Origin: a bacterium
Lineage (GTDB): Bacteria; Patescibacteriota; Microgenomatia; Woykebacterales; RBG-16-39-9b
DNA: 64,000 nucleotides
Assembly (NCBI GenBank): GCA_030704665.1
Contig: JAUYID010000009.1
Location: 163-64,162 of the forward strand
Direction: 5' to 3'
Shown: positions 10,256 through 18,989 of the stretch, in pieces
Layout of the letters: each line of letters opens with the position of its first letter
Numbering within the stretch: position 1 is the stretch's first letter
Translations under genes and position numbers: made by a program
The notes under the pieces: generated by a model
Database searches by the model: none
What the model saw: only the letters and a program-made list of their open reading frames with translations
What the model was told of the DNA's origin: nothing

Positions 10256-10522
10256 TTAGGCGACCGCTGCGGCCTCTACACAGTGATTCGCACAGCGCGA
10301 GGTCTGCTCGTCGATGGGGCCGCCGTGGTTGCCGGGGTCGACGATGACGCACTGGCGTACCTTCTTCGAGAGCACAGGGCTGGTCCGGGACCTGGGTGGT
10401 GTCTGGCGCCGGTCGCGGTGCGACTGGCAGATCACCTTGTCGGGGTTCTCGGGATCCTGGAACATCTGACCCTTGTGGTCATACTTGTCCTTGATCCAGC
10501 AGTCATTCAGGTTGGCCTCCAC
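10256..10522 (-). CDS. Small (88 aa) cysteine-containing protein with strongly GC3-biased codon usage; unknown function
   Basis: GTG start 6 nt downstream of a perfect AGGAGG Shine-Dalgarno. Third codon positions are almost all G/C, unlike the surrounding genes. Five Cys (..DCW.., ..ICQSH.., ..RQCVIV.., ..RCANHC..). Confidence 0.55.
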   Translation of the reverse strand: MEANLNDCWIKDKYDHKGQMFQDPENPDKVICQSHRDRRQTPPRSRTSPVLSKKVRQCVIVDPGNHGGPIDEQTSRCANHCVEAAAVA

Positions 10523-10952
10523 GTTGATCCTCCTGTGAATTTCCCTTTGGGTAAAGGGAATCCTACCGATTTTTGGCCTTGAAAGCCAAAGATCTGGTTT
10601 CTCATCAAGGTGTTAGCCCTTTTTTGAGACGAAAAACCAGATCTCTGACTGCCAAAATATTTACTTTTTCCTAACAATCACAAATTTGGCCCTTAAGAAC
10701 CGGGGGAGTTTTGTATTCACCACCTTTCCTTTAAGTTCTGCCCCGTAATTGCTTACGGGCCAAGTTTGTGATTACTAGTGCGAGAGGGGAGGAACGGTGT
10801 AGACGCTTGCGTCCCATTCGTCCTCCCCTGCGCGCCGGCTCGCTATTCAGTTGTCGCTTCTGAGTGTCACGTCCAGGTCATGGTCGTAACTGCTCCTTTC
10901 GTGAACTGAGACTTCGTGACCTTGCGGTCGCGTCGTCGCCGGTCGGTTGGGT
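10523..10952 (-). ncRNA. About 430-nt GC-rich, multi-hairpin leader/spacer RNA between two small ORFs (possible riboswitch or cis-regulatory RNA)
   Basis: Nested perfect stems: AATCACAAATTTGGCCC/GGGCCAAGTTTGTGATT enclosing CCCGTAAttgcTTACGGG; GGGGAGGA...TCCTCCCC; CCCTTTgggtAAAGGG; CTTTGGCcttgaaaGCCAAAG; AGATCTGGTTT...AAACCAGATCT. Confidence 0.4.
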
Positions 10953-11123
10953 CTAGTCGTTGGTGTCGTACTCCCTGTCGCCGCTGCCTTCAGTGGCGAA
11001 GAGGACACCACGGAGAACCCGGGAGGAAGGCACGGACCTGACGTTTTCCGTCGGCCCCATGAACTTCCACTGTGTGCGAACGATGCCATCCGCACCACGC
11101 TCCGCTTTCATCTGCTGCATCAT
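10953..11123 (-). CDS. Candidate small ORF (56 aa, below the ORF-track cutoff) with GC3-rich codons
   Basis: ATGATG start with AGGAGG 13 nt upstream (long spacer). Codon usage is coding-like and GC3-rich. No homolog recognised. Confidence 0.3.
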   Translation of the reverse strand: MMQQMKAERGADGIVRTQWKFMGPTENVRSVPSSRVLRGVLFATEGSGDREYDTND

Positions 11124-11321
11124 TTGGCGGGTTTAACCTCCTGAACTAAGATCCTAACCGCGTTTGTCTCAAATTGCTCTGGGGCAAACGCCATAAAATC
11201 TAGTCCTATAGTTCTATATTTTCAAAGAACAAAAAGATCTCGCTCTTCTTCCCTGTATTCAACTTTTCTTGAATTATGTGTCTGTTTTCGCAAAGCTCAA
11301 CATCCACGTAATTACTTTGTA

Positions 11322-11350
11322 ATTATAGCACAAGACAGACCTATAGTCAA
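11322..11350 (-). promoter_or_regulatory. Near-perfect sigma70 promoter (TTGACT-N17-TATAAT) reading leftward into the GC-rich island
   Basis: Minus-strand reads cTTGACT-ataggtctgtcttgtgc-TATAAT, read from the sequence. It lies just downstream of the helicase-nuclease stop. Confidence 0.6.
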
Positions 11351-11375
11351 GTTGTGGGCTTTTGTTTTGTTTTGG

Positions 11376-14324
11376 TTACTTAGCAAGTGAAAAAGGACAA
11401 ATGGCGTTGTACGGACAATAAAAACAAGCTGGCTTTTGTCCAAAGTATTTGGGGTTAGCAGGAAAGTCATCTTTTTGTAAATTGGCACGAATTTCTTTAG
11501 CAACTTCAACTACCCTTTTCTCTGTTTGCTCGATGTCTTCCTCTTTCGGTGAGTAACCACCGACTAGTCCAGTTTCCAAATCGTAGATACCGACAAAATC
11601 TGGGACTTTTTTGTAATTTTTATAGTAGCCCAAAGTGTAAACCCTCAGCTGAATGCTTTCCTTGGCGTCTTTTTCCAGTTGCTCCTCACTACGATTTTCA
11701 GTGGATTTAAAATCGATGATTTTTACCTTGCCGTCTTTCTCGTCAACACGGTCGAAGCGGCCAGAGACCAAAACTTGTGTCTCCCCGTTTGTTAAGTTAA
11801 AACGGAACTCTTTCTCGACGAAACTTGGGGTGTCTTTTGTAGTCTTCTCTCGGGAGTAAAAACTAGTCAGTACGCGGCGGGCTTGCAAAAGACGTTTTTC
11901 CTCGTGCTCGGCAGTTAGAAAGCCCTCCGTCACCCAAGTGTTTTCTAAAACCTGCAAGCAAGAATCTAACTCAAGAAGTTTCCCGTTCATCTTCGAGCGG
12001 TAAAACTCCGCCACGGCGGCGTGGAGCGCAAAACCATAAACAATGGCGTGGTGGCGGAGTATCGGTAGACGCAGCACATGAGCGTAGCGGTATTTGTAGG
12101 CGCAAGTTTCATAGTCATCAATTGACCCCTGCGAAAGACGAATGATTTTGTTCTCCGCTGAGGGTAGTTTGTAGTTTTTCGGTTCGGAAAAAGCAAACTG
12201 CTCAATCTTTTCTTTTGGGTTTAGTTTCACAGCAACCGAGCCAGCACCAGGCAAGTCTAAGGCTTCAAGAATAAAGGGTGAAATTTTCTTGGCCCTGACT
12301 CCTCCAGTATCTTTCGACCAGGTGTAGTAGAGAAATCTTTTGGCGCGAGTGCTGCCAACATAAAAGAGCCGTCTTTCTTCTTGCAGGTGAAAATCTCCAG
12401 AAGGTAAAAGTTCCTTAATTAGCTCTTCTGGAATTGGAATGGCTTCTTTTCTTTCCCGGCTGGGAAAGCGGTCGGCAACCAAACCAACCATAAAAACCGC
12501 CTCAAACTCCAAACCTTTAGCCGAGTGCACCGTCATGACGTTGACTGCATCTTGATCGGGATCAAAGTCAGCAGTAGCCGGATCATCCCCGGCCAGGCGC
12601 ATTGCTTCGAGATAGTCCACGAAAACCCGGACTGATTCGTTTTGGGCCAGATCGATAAACTCAGCGATTTTGTCAAAAAACCTCGCAATATTCTGAATCT
12701 TTATTTCAGCTTCAACCCCACCTTCTCTTTCGAGACGCGTCAGGTAAGCAGTTTTCTGTAAATAAATATAGAGGACGCGGCCGACGTTTTCTTTTTGGGA
12801 AAGCTCGGCTGCCTCAGAGAGGTCTTTAATAAGTTTTTTGATGATTTCCCTTCCCTCAGCACTTATCTCAAGACCTTCCTCAGAATTGGCAACTACTATC
12901 TCGAAGACACTGCGCAGCGTTTTGTTTTTTCTCCTGGCCGTGTCCATACAGGCAATCGCATCCGGAACTGGAAGTTGATAAAGCTCACTGCTGACCAAAT
13001 TGTAAAGGTTAATACTGTCATCAAAGTTGGATATTGCTGTTAAAAACGAGATTAGCAGACGAATTTCTGGCTGGGTGTAAAGTCCAGAAGAACCAACGAA
13101 TTTGTGAGGGATTGCTTTTAAATTTAGGGCTCTCAAGAAAGAGTCTGCCTGGGAGTTAGCACGGACTAATATCGCAATGTCTTTGTAGTGAATTTTTTCC
13201 TTTTTAACCAGTTTTTGAATTTCTTTCACTACCTCTTCTGTTTCTTCAGTCAGAGTCGTACCACAAATTTCCTTCGGGCCTTCTCCTTTCTTCTCGGCAA
13301 CCGTTAAAAGTTTCTTGTCAATTTTGTTTTGCACTTCAAGCCGATCGGGATCGTTGTTTTTTATCAGCCGGTAGGAGGTGTCAAGAATTTCTTGGCTAGA
13401 ACGGTAGTTCTTGGTTAAAACCACTTGCTCTGCTTTTGCAAAATCCTCTTTAAACTTCATGATATTGGAAATTGCCGCTCCCCGAAATTTGTAAATACTC
13501 TGATCGTCATCACCAACAACACAAAGATTTTTGTGGGAGTTTGCTAGAAGCTTAACTAACTCGTTTTGTGAGTAGTTGGTGTCCTGATACTCATCAACAA
13601 GAATATATTTAAACTTTTCTTGATACTTTTGGAGAATTCTCGGCTTGGCTCTAAAAAGGTTGAGAGTCAGGCTGACTTGGTCACCGAAATCAAGCTTTCC
13701 CGCTTCCTTTTTAAACTGTTCGTACTTTTGATAAACTCGGACAAGCTCTTCCTGTCTTTTTATTTCTTGCAACCAGTCATCTTTTTCAAACTCCTCTGGT
13801 TGTTTCTTTTTCTTCAATTTCTCTACATAGACAGCAAAATCCTCAGCGCCGATGTCCTCATCTTTGCAACGACTGACGAATGTGAGAATTGCCTCAATAA
13901 ATTTCGTCGGATTCGAGAGTGGTCGGTAATAATCAAGATCAAAAGCGAAAAGATTCTGCTGGAAAAAAAGAACCTGTTGGGCTCGACTCAACACTTGGAA
14001 GTCGGGGGGTAAACCAAGATCCAAAGCATTTTCTCGCAAAACCCGGTCGCCGAAGGCGTGAAAAGTGCTGATCCAAGTATCCACATATCCATAAGGAACC
14101 AAGAGGTCGACTCTTTCTTCCATTTCGGAAGCAGCTTTTTCAGTAAAGGTAAGGGCGATAATTTCTGAAGGTTTAGCTAGTTTTTTTTCGATCAGGTAGG
14201 CGATGCGGCGGGTAATAACTGTGGTCTTGCCAGTACCAGCTCCGGCGATGATAAGCAGTGGGCCTTCTGTTGTTTCAACTGCTTGCTTCTGTTCTTTGTT
14301 TAATCCTTCGAGAATTGAGCTCAT
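11376..14324 (-). CDS. UvrD-like SF1 helicase fused to a C-terminal RecB/Cas4-like PD-(D/E)XK nuclease with a Cys cluster (AddA/AddB-like single polypeptide)
   Basis: N-terminal Walker A AGAGTGKTTVITRRIAYLI and DEYQDTN motifs. C-terminal CFYCPYNAICPF is typical of Fe-S-containing RecB-family nucleases. Confidence 0.75.
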   Translation of the reverse strand: MSSILEGLNKEQKQAVETTEGPLLIIAGAGTGKTTVITRRIAYLIEKKLAKPSEIIALTFTEKAASEMEERVDLLVPYGYVDTWISTFHAFGDRVLRENALDLGLPPDFQVLSRAQQVLFFQQNLFAFDLDYYRPLSNPTKFIEAILTFVSRCKDEDIGAEDFAVYVEKLKKKKQPEEFEKDDWLQEIKRQEELVRVYQKYEQFKKEAGKLDFGDQVSLTLNLFRAKPRILQKYQEKFKYILVDEYQDTNYSQNELVKLLANSHKNLCVVGDDDQSIYKFRGAAISNIMKFKEDFAKAEQVVLTKNYRSSQEILDTSYRLIKNNDPDRLEVQNKIDKKLLTVAEKKGEGPKEICGTTLTEETEEVVKEIQKLVKKEKIHYKDIAILVRANSQADSFLRALNLKAIPHKFVGSSGLYTQPEIRLLISFLTAISNFDDSINLYNLVSSELYQLPVPDAIACMDTARRKNKTLRSVFEIVVANSEEGLEISAEGREIIKKLIKDLSEAAELSQKENVGRVLYIYLQKTAYLTRLEREGGVEAEIKIQNIARFFDKIAEFIDLAQNESVRVFVDYLEAMRLAGDDPATADFDPDQDAVNVMTVHSAKGLEFEAVFMVGLVADRFPSRERKEAIPIPEELIKELLPSGDFHLQEERRLFYVGSTRAKRFLYYTWSKDTGGVRAKKISPFILEALDLPGAGSVAVKLNPKEKIEQFAFSEPKNYKLPSAENKIIRLSQGSIDDYETCAYKYRYAHVLRLPILRHHAIVYGFALHAAVAEFYRSKMNGKLLELDSCLQVLENTWVTEGFLTAEHEEKRLLQARRVLTSFYSREKTTKDTPSFVEKEFRFNLTNGETQVLVSGRFDRVDEKDGKVKIIDFKSTENRSEEQLEKDAKESIQLRVYTLGYYKNYKKVPDFVGIYDLETGLVGGYSPKEEDIEQTEKRVVEVAKEIRANLQKDDFPANPKYFGQKPACFYCPYNAICPFSLAK

Positions 14325-14384
14325 CGCTCAACCATTTTAGCACAGGACTACTCGTCTGTTGTTTTGGTCAAAGGGTAAGTTTAG

Positions 14385-15245
14385 TTAGCTTAAAAGCTTC
14401 AGGGTAGCGTGGTAGCTTTCTTTAATCACTTTTTCAGTTTTTTCGGGAGTGAAATCATAAGGGGAGAGCTCAAAACCACTCCTTGGTTCGATGGGGATGA
14501 TTTTTATTCTTGGGTAGAGTGCTTTTATTAATTCAACTTCATAACGCGTCGTCTGGTACTGGGCAATATCGCGACTGTCAATAATATTTTCCAAAAAGTT
14601 TTTTGGTTCTCTTTTTGTTTCGCCGGCATAGCCTGCGTTAACGGCATAAATTGTTCCGCACGTCTTTCGGGCCAGCTCGAAGAGAGGTAAATTGTCGGAA
14701 ACTCCTCCGTCAATATAAACTTTTTCTCCTATTCTAACTGGCTGAAAAATTCCCGGCGTGGCTGAGGAGGCAAGCAAGGCAGGAATGATCGGTCCTTGCC
14801 GAAACCAACTGTCGCTGCCAGTTTCAATGTTGGTAGCCCCGAGAGCTAAAGGAACCTTCAACTCAGAAAAATCTTTAAACGGTAGCCTTTCTTCCAAAAA
14901 TTTCTTGATTTTACCAGAGTCCCCTAAACTTTTTGTCCCAAAGCCGTGGGCCAAGAGCCTCGATAGCACCTGCCAAGGTGAAAGTCCAATGAAAGCGCGG
15001 TTGATAAAGGAAAAAATTACTTTTAAATCAGTAAAAGAGTTGTTCGTGAATGGGTCAAAAGCGTGGAAGGCAGCCACAAAAGCTCCGGCAGAAACCCCCA
15101 CGACGTGGGTTGGAGTTATTTTCTTTTCCAGAAAGGCGCGTAACACTCCAATGTGGACTACCCCACGGTTGCCTCCACCAGAATAAGAAATCCCGACAAT
15201 TTCTTCTCTGCAAAGGTTTTGATCAAGCTCGTGGATCTGCTTCAC
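14385..15245 (-). CDS. Patatin-like phospholipase
   Basis: GGGNRG oxyanion motif, GVSAGA (GxSxG) and DGGVSDNLP (catalytic Asp). Confidence 0.85.
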   Translation of the reverse strand: MKQIHELDQNLCREEIVGISYSGGGNRGVVHIGVLRAFLEKKITPTHVVGVSAGAFVAAFHAFDPFTNNSFTDLKVIFSFINRAFIGLSPWQVLSRLLAHGFGTKSLGDSGKIKKFLEERLPFKDFSELKVPLALGATNIETGSDSWFRQGPIIPALLASSATPGIFQPVRIGEKVYIDGGVSDNLPLFELARKTCGTIYAVNAGYAGETKREPKNFLENIIDSRDIAQYQTTRYEVELIKALYPRIKIIPIEPRSGFELSPYDFTPEKTEKVIKESYHATLKLLS

Positions 15246-15289
15246 CTTTTAATGGTAGAACTTTTTGCCAGTGGTTGGCAAACCGAAAA

Positions 15290-16348
15290 TTAAACCTCAG
15301 TAACTTCTTCGGCCTGGTCAAGGGGTAATGGTTCAGTTTCAAAGACGGCTTTTTTATCAGCAACTTTACCCGGCAAACCTTGCGCGTTTTCGATTTTGGA
15401 ATTCAGGGTCAGGAAACGGGAGTTCACCAAATCAGCAGTGTTTTTCGTATCATTAACGTGCTTGGTGAGAACTCGCAGTACATCCCCAAATTTTTCTGAA
15501 TCCCCTTTGATTGAACGTAAAGAGGCAAGTATGGTCCGCGCCCGCTCTTCAATCTTTTTGCCCTCAAAACTCATCAGAATCGCGCGCATGTACGCATAAA
15601 ACGTTGAGGGGGAAACTGGCAAAACTCTTTTGGTGTGGGCATACTCGGAAAGCTCCGGCATATTGGCCATGATTTCATAGTAAATTGGCTCGCTCGGTAC
15701 GTACATCAGAGCGTAATCAATCGTTCCTTCCTCAGGCAAGATATATTTTTTGGCAATATCGTCAATGTGTTTTTTTACATCCCGAGCGAAGTCTTTTTGA
15801 AACCCAGTTTTTTCTGCTTCAGTGTCGGCTCCCATCATCGCTTTGAAATTTTCCATCGGAAACTTTGAATCAATGGGGATGACACCGGAATCGGTTTTTA
15901 TGGCAGCGTCAACAATATCACCAGATCGAAACCGATACTGCAGATGAAAACTCTCTTTCGGCAGAAACTGTCCGAGTAGTTCGCGGAGAACTTGCTCCCC
16001 AATATTTCCCCGCAACTTCGGGCTGCGGAGAAAATCCTGCAAATCTTTCATGGAGCGACCAATTTCGCTCATCTGACCGACTTCTTTGCCGACCATACCG
16101 ATGATTTTGGCGGCGTTGTCGAGCCGCTCATTGATTGCTTTGTTGGTTGAGGTCAATTGCGACTGAAGGGTGTCAGTATTTTTGTCCAAAGAACTGCGCA
16201 TTTCTTTGAGCCACTCCATGAGGACCTTGGTACTTTCGTCATCGCTATCTTTACCTTTGAGTTCTTCGAGTTTTTTGAAGAAAAAGAAAAAGCCTGCAAC
16301 AATGACTCCACCAACAATAAGAATGAGGGTCTGGGTGTCCAAGTTCAT
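15290..16348 (-). CDS. rmuC: DNA recombination protein RmuC
   Basis: N-terminal TM helix, long coiled coil, and a conserved RmuC C-terminal region (PIDSKFP...YALMYVPSE). Confidence 0.7.
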   Translation of the reverse strand: MNLDTQTLILIVGGVIVAGFFFFFKKLEELKGKDSDDESTKVLMEWLKEMRSSLDKNTDTLQSQLTSTNKAINERLDNAAKIIGMVGKEVGQMSEIGRSMKDLQDFLRSPKLRGNIGEQVLRELLGQFLPKESFHLQYRFRSGDIVDAAIKTDSGVIPIDSKFPMENFKAMMGADTEAEKTGFQKDFARDVKKHIDDIAKKYILPEEGTIDYALMYVPSEPIYYEIMANMPELSEYAHTKRVLPVSPSTFYAYMRAILMSFEGKKIEERARTILASLRSIKGDSEKFGDVLRVLTKHVNDTKNTADLVNSRFLTLNSKIENAQGLPGKVADKKAVFETEPLPLDQAEEVTEV

Positions 16349-16395
16349 AATTAGGGCTATGTTAGCAGAACCACTTTACGTTGTAAAATAGTTTC

Positions 16396-16800
16396 ATGGG
16401 AGTTTTTCTTTTCGCTTTGCTGGTTGTCTTTTTGCTAGGCCTGTCAGCCTTGTGGTTTATTGGCAATAACCTTCCCCCCCTGGACTCTTCTGGCAATTTA
16501 CTGACCGCGAATCTGGTCTATTTTTTCCTAGCCCTTTTCGCTAGCCTTGCTGCAGGCTTGAGCTTGGTGCTATACTGCCTTAGCTTCGTTTTGGAGAGAA
16601 AAAAGGCTGAGACCCTGACGCGTTCTGAAAGAGCAAAATTCTTGATCAGAAAAGCACTACGTCGGGGTTTGGAACTAGCAGCCACTGGTTGCTTACTTTT
16701 CCTTCTGAAACTGTTGGGAATCTTTAACCCTGTGAACGCTGTGCTGATAGTTTTAATAATCAGCTTGATTGAAGTTTACTTTGTTAGCAACAAGAGTTGA
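16396..16800 (+). CDS. Polytopic membrane protein, unknown function
   Basis: Four predicted hydrophobic helices in 134 aa. Confidence 0.4.
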   Translation: MGVFLFALLVVFLLGLSALWFIGNNLPPLDSSGNLLTANLVYFFLALFASLAAGLSLVLYCLSFVLERKKAETLTRSERAKFLIRKALRRGLELAATGCLLFLLKLLGIFNPVNAVLIVLIISLIEVYFVSNKS

Positions 16801-18212
16801 AACAAATGACCAAAATAAAGAATTTTTTTCTGACAACTACCATCTATTATATCAACGACGTACCTCATATCGGGCACGCTTATACAACTATTGCTGCTGA
16901 TATTCTGGCCCGCTTCCATCGGCTTTTGGGTGAAAAAACCTTTTTTCTTACTGGTTTAGATGAGAACTCGCAAAAGACAGTTCTTGCTGCGGAAAAATCC
17001 GGCCAAGACTTGAGAACCTACACTGATGATTTGGCGAAAATCTGGGAAACAACTTGGAAAAAGCTTGGAATAACCAATGACGATTTCATCCGCACCACAC
17101 AGGTACGACACAAAAAGGTTGTCACTGATTTTTTTCAGAAAGTACTCGATAATGGGGACGTTTACAAGAGTAAGTATGAGGGTCTTTATTGCGTTGGTCA
17201 CGAAGCTTTTTTGAAAGAAAGTGATTTGGACGAAAACGGTTTTTGTCCGGATCACAAAACCAAGCCAGAACAAATCGCTGAAGAAAACTATTTTTTCCGT
17301 CTTTCCAAGTATCAAGAACAACTTTTGAAGTTTTATAAAGAAAATCCTGATTTTGTTTTACCCCACCAGCGTTTTAACGAAGTAGTGAAATTTGTTGAAT
17401 CTGGTCTGCAGGATATTTCGGTCACCCGAGCAAGTCAAAAATGGGGTATTCCGGCGCCAAACGACCCGAAACAGGTGATTTACGTTTGGTTTGACGCACT
17501 CATCAACTACCTTTCCGCTGAACCCCCCCTCTGGCCAGCTGATCTTCATCTTATAGGTAAAGACATCACTCGTTTTCACGCGGTTATTTGGCCGGCGATG
17601 CTACTCTCGGCTGGCTACCCACTGCCCAAGCAAATTTTTGCCCACGGTTTTTTTACTGTTGACGGAACGAAAATAAGTAAGTCTCTGGGCAACGCCATCG
17701 ACCCGGTCAAAATCTCGCAGGACTATGGCAACGACAGCCTCCGCTACTTTCTTTTTCATGAGTTTCCCTTTGGTAACGATGGTGATTTTTCTTTTGATCG
17801 TCTGAAAGAAGTTTACAATTCTGATCTTGCCAACGGCTTGGGAAATCTGGTTTCCCGAGTTGCGCGCTTGGCAGAAAATCTGTCTTTGCCCGGAGTAGAG
17901 TTTCCTGAAAAACCACTTCTCGACTCAGCTTTCCGAATTCACCTAGAAAATTTAGAGTTTTTGGAAGCTTTGGAATATGTTTGGGGGAAAATTCGCAAAA
18001 CTGACAAAGAGATTGAGAAAAGCAAGCCCTGGGAATTAGCTAAAGAAAACCCGGAGAAAGCAAAAGCCGCGGTAGAAAATTTAATTCGGCAAATTGTCGA
18101 AATTGACGAGCTTCTACTTTGTTTTCTTCCCGAAACAGCCGAAAAAATCAAAGACCAATTCTCCCAGGACAAAATAAAATCTTCCGCGCCGCTTTTTCCA
18201 AGGAGAGGCTAA
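16797..18212 (+). CDS. metG: Methionyl-tRNA synthetase
   Basis: HIGH-type motif PHIGHAYT and KMSKS-type KISKSLGN. Confidence 0.9.
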   Translation: MKQMTKIKNFFLTTTIYYINDVPHIGHAYTTIAADILARFHRLLGEKTFFLTGLDENSQKTVLAAEKSGQDLRTYTDDLAKIWETTWKKLGITNDDFIRTTQVRHKKVVTDFFQKVLDNGDVYKSKYEGLYCVGHEAFLKESDLDENGFCPDHKTKPEQIAEENYFFRLSKYQEQLLKFYKENPDFVLPHQRFNEVVKFVESGLQDISVTRASQKWGIPAPNDPKQVIYVWFDALINYLSAEPPLWPADLHLIGKDITRFHAVIWPAMLLSAGYPLPKQIFAHGFFTVDGTKISKSLGNAIDPVKISQDYGNDSLRYFLFHEFPFGNDGDFSFDRLKEVYNSDLANGLGNLVSRVARLAENLSLPGVEFPEKPLLDSAFRIHLENLEFLEALEYVWGKIRKTDKEIEKSKPWELAKENPEKAKAAVENLIRQIVEIDELLLCFLPETAEKIKDQFSQDKIKSSAPLFPRRG

Positions 18213-18985
18213 TGAAGCTGGTCGATACCCACGCTCACTTTCAATTCGAAGCTTACAAAGAAGATCGCGATCAAGTGATCAAAGAGAACCTGAAAGAACT
18301 TTCAGCCATCATGACCGTTGGTGCCAGTTTAGAGTCTTCGAAAAATGGGGTTAGTCTCGTCCAAAACTACGACGGCCTCTTCGCCGCGGTTGGAGTTCAT
18401 CCCCACCACGTTGATCAATTTAGCCCTGAGACAATGAAAGAGTTGGAGCAGTTAATCATTCAACCCAAAGTCGTTGCGGTTGGGGAAATTGGCTTGGACA
18501 AGCATCTCTATCAGGGCTATCCGGAACCAAATATTAAAGACCAAATCAAAATCTTGGAACCCCAAATTAACCTGGCTTTAAAAAGCAAAAGACCAATTCT
18601 TTTTCATTGTCGCGACGCCTACGACGAACTTTTCGATTTGCTAAAAACTCTACCTCAGCCTTTGCTTGGACTGATGCATTGCTTCATGGGTGATGTCAGC
18701 TTTGCTAAAAAATTTCTTGACCTCGGCTTGTTTATCTCCTTCAGTGGCAACCTTACTTACAAAGGTAATGACTACATTCGGCAGGCGGCCAAATTTGTTC
18801 CTCTGGATCGGCTCTTGCTTGAAACTGATTCTCCCTACTTGACCCCACACCCTTTTCGTGGCCAGCGTAATGAACCTAAATATGTTAAAATAATAGCGGA
18901 AACTGTTTCTCTCCTCAAAAGCCTGAGCCTAGAGACAGTCGCACAGGCAACTACCACCAACGCAAAAAAATTACTATCCATTTGA
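18211..18985 (+). CDS. tatD: TatD-family metal-dependent DNase/hydrolase
   Basis: MKLVDTHAHF start motif, GEIGLD, and histidine ladder. The true start is taken at the ATG of MKLVDT. Confidence 0.85.
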
Positions 18986-18989
18986 GGAG

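Noticed and set aside
10232-10582. 116-aa plus-strand ORF antisense to the 88-aa Cys-containing gene
   Set aside because: No RBS and low-complexity composition. The minus-strand ORF has AGGAGG-N6-GTG and coherent GC3 codon bias, so the plus-strand ORF is taken as a shadow ORF.
10560-10620. Hammerhead-ribozyme-like TGATGAG...GAAAC in the island leader (minus strand)
   Set aside because: The first position is U rather than the conserved C. There is no stem II between GA and GAAA and no obvious stem I/III, so it is a coincidental match.
10847-11144. ORF-track calls 10847..11098 (-) and 10947..11144 (+)
   Set aside because: Wrong frame relative to the RBS-supported 56-aa ORF (10953..11123). They have no start context and odd composition.
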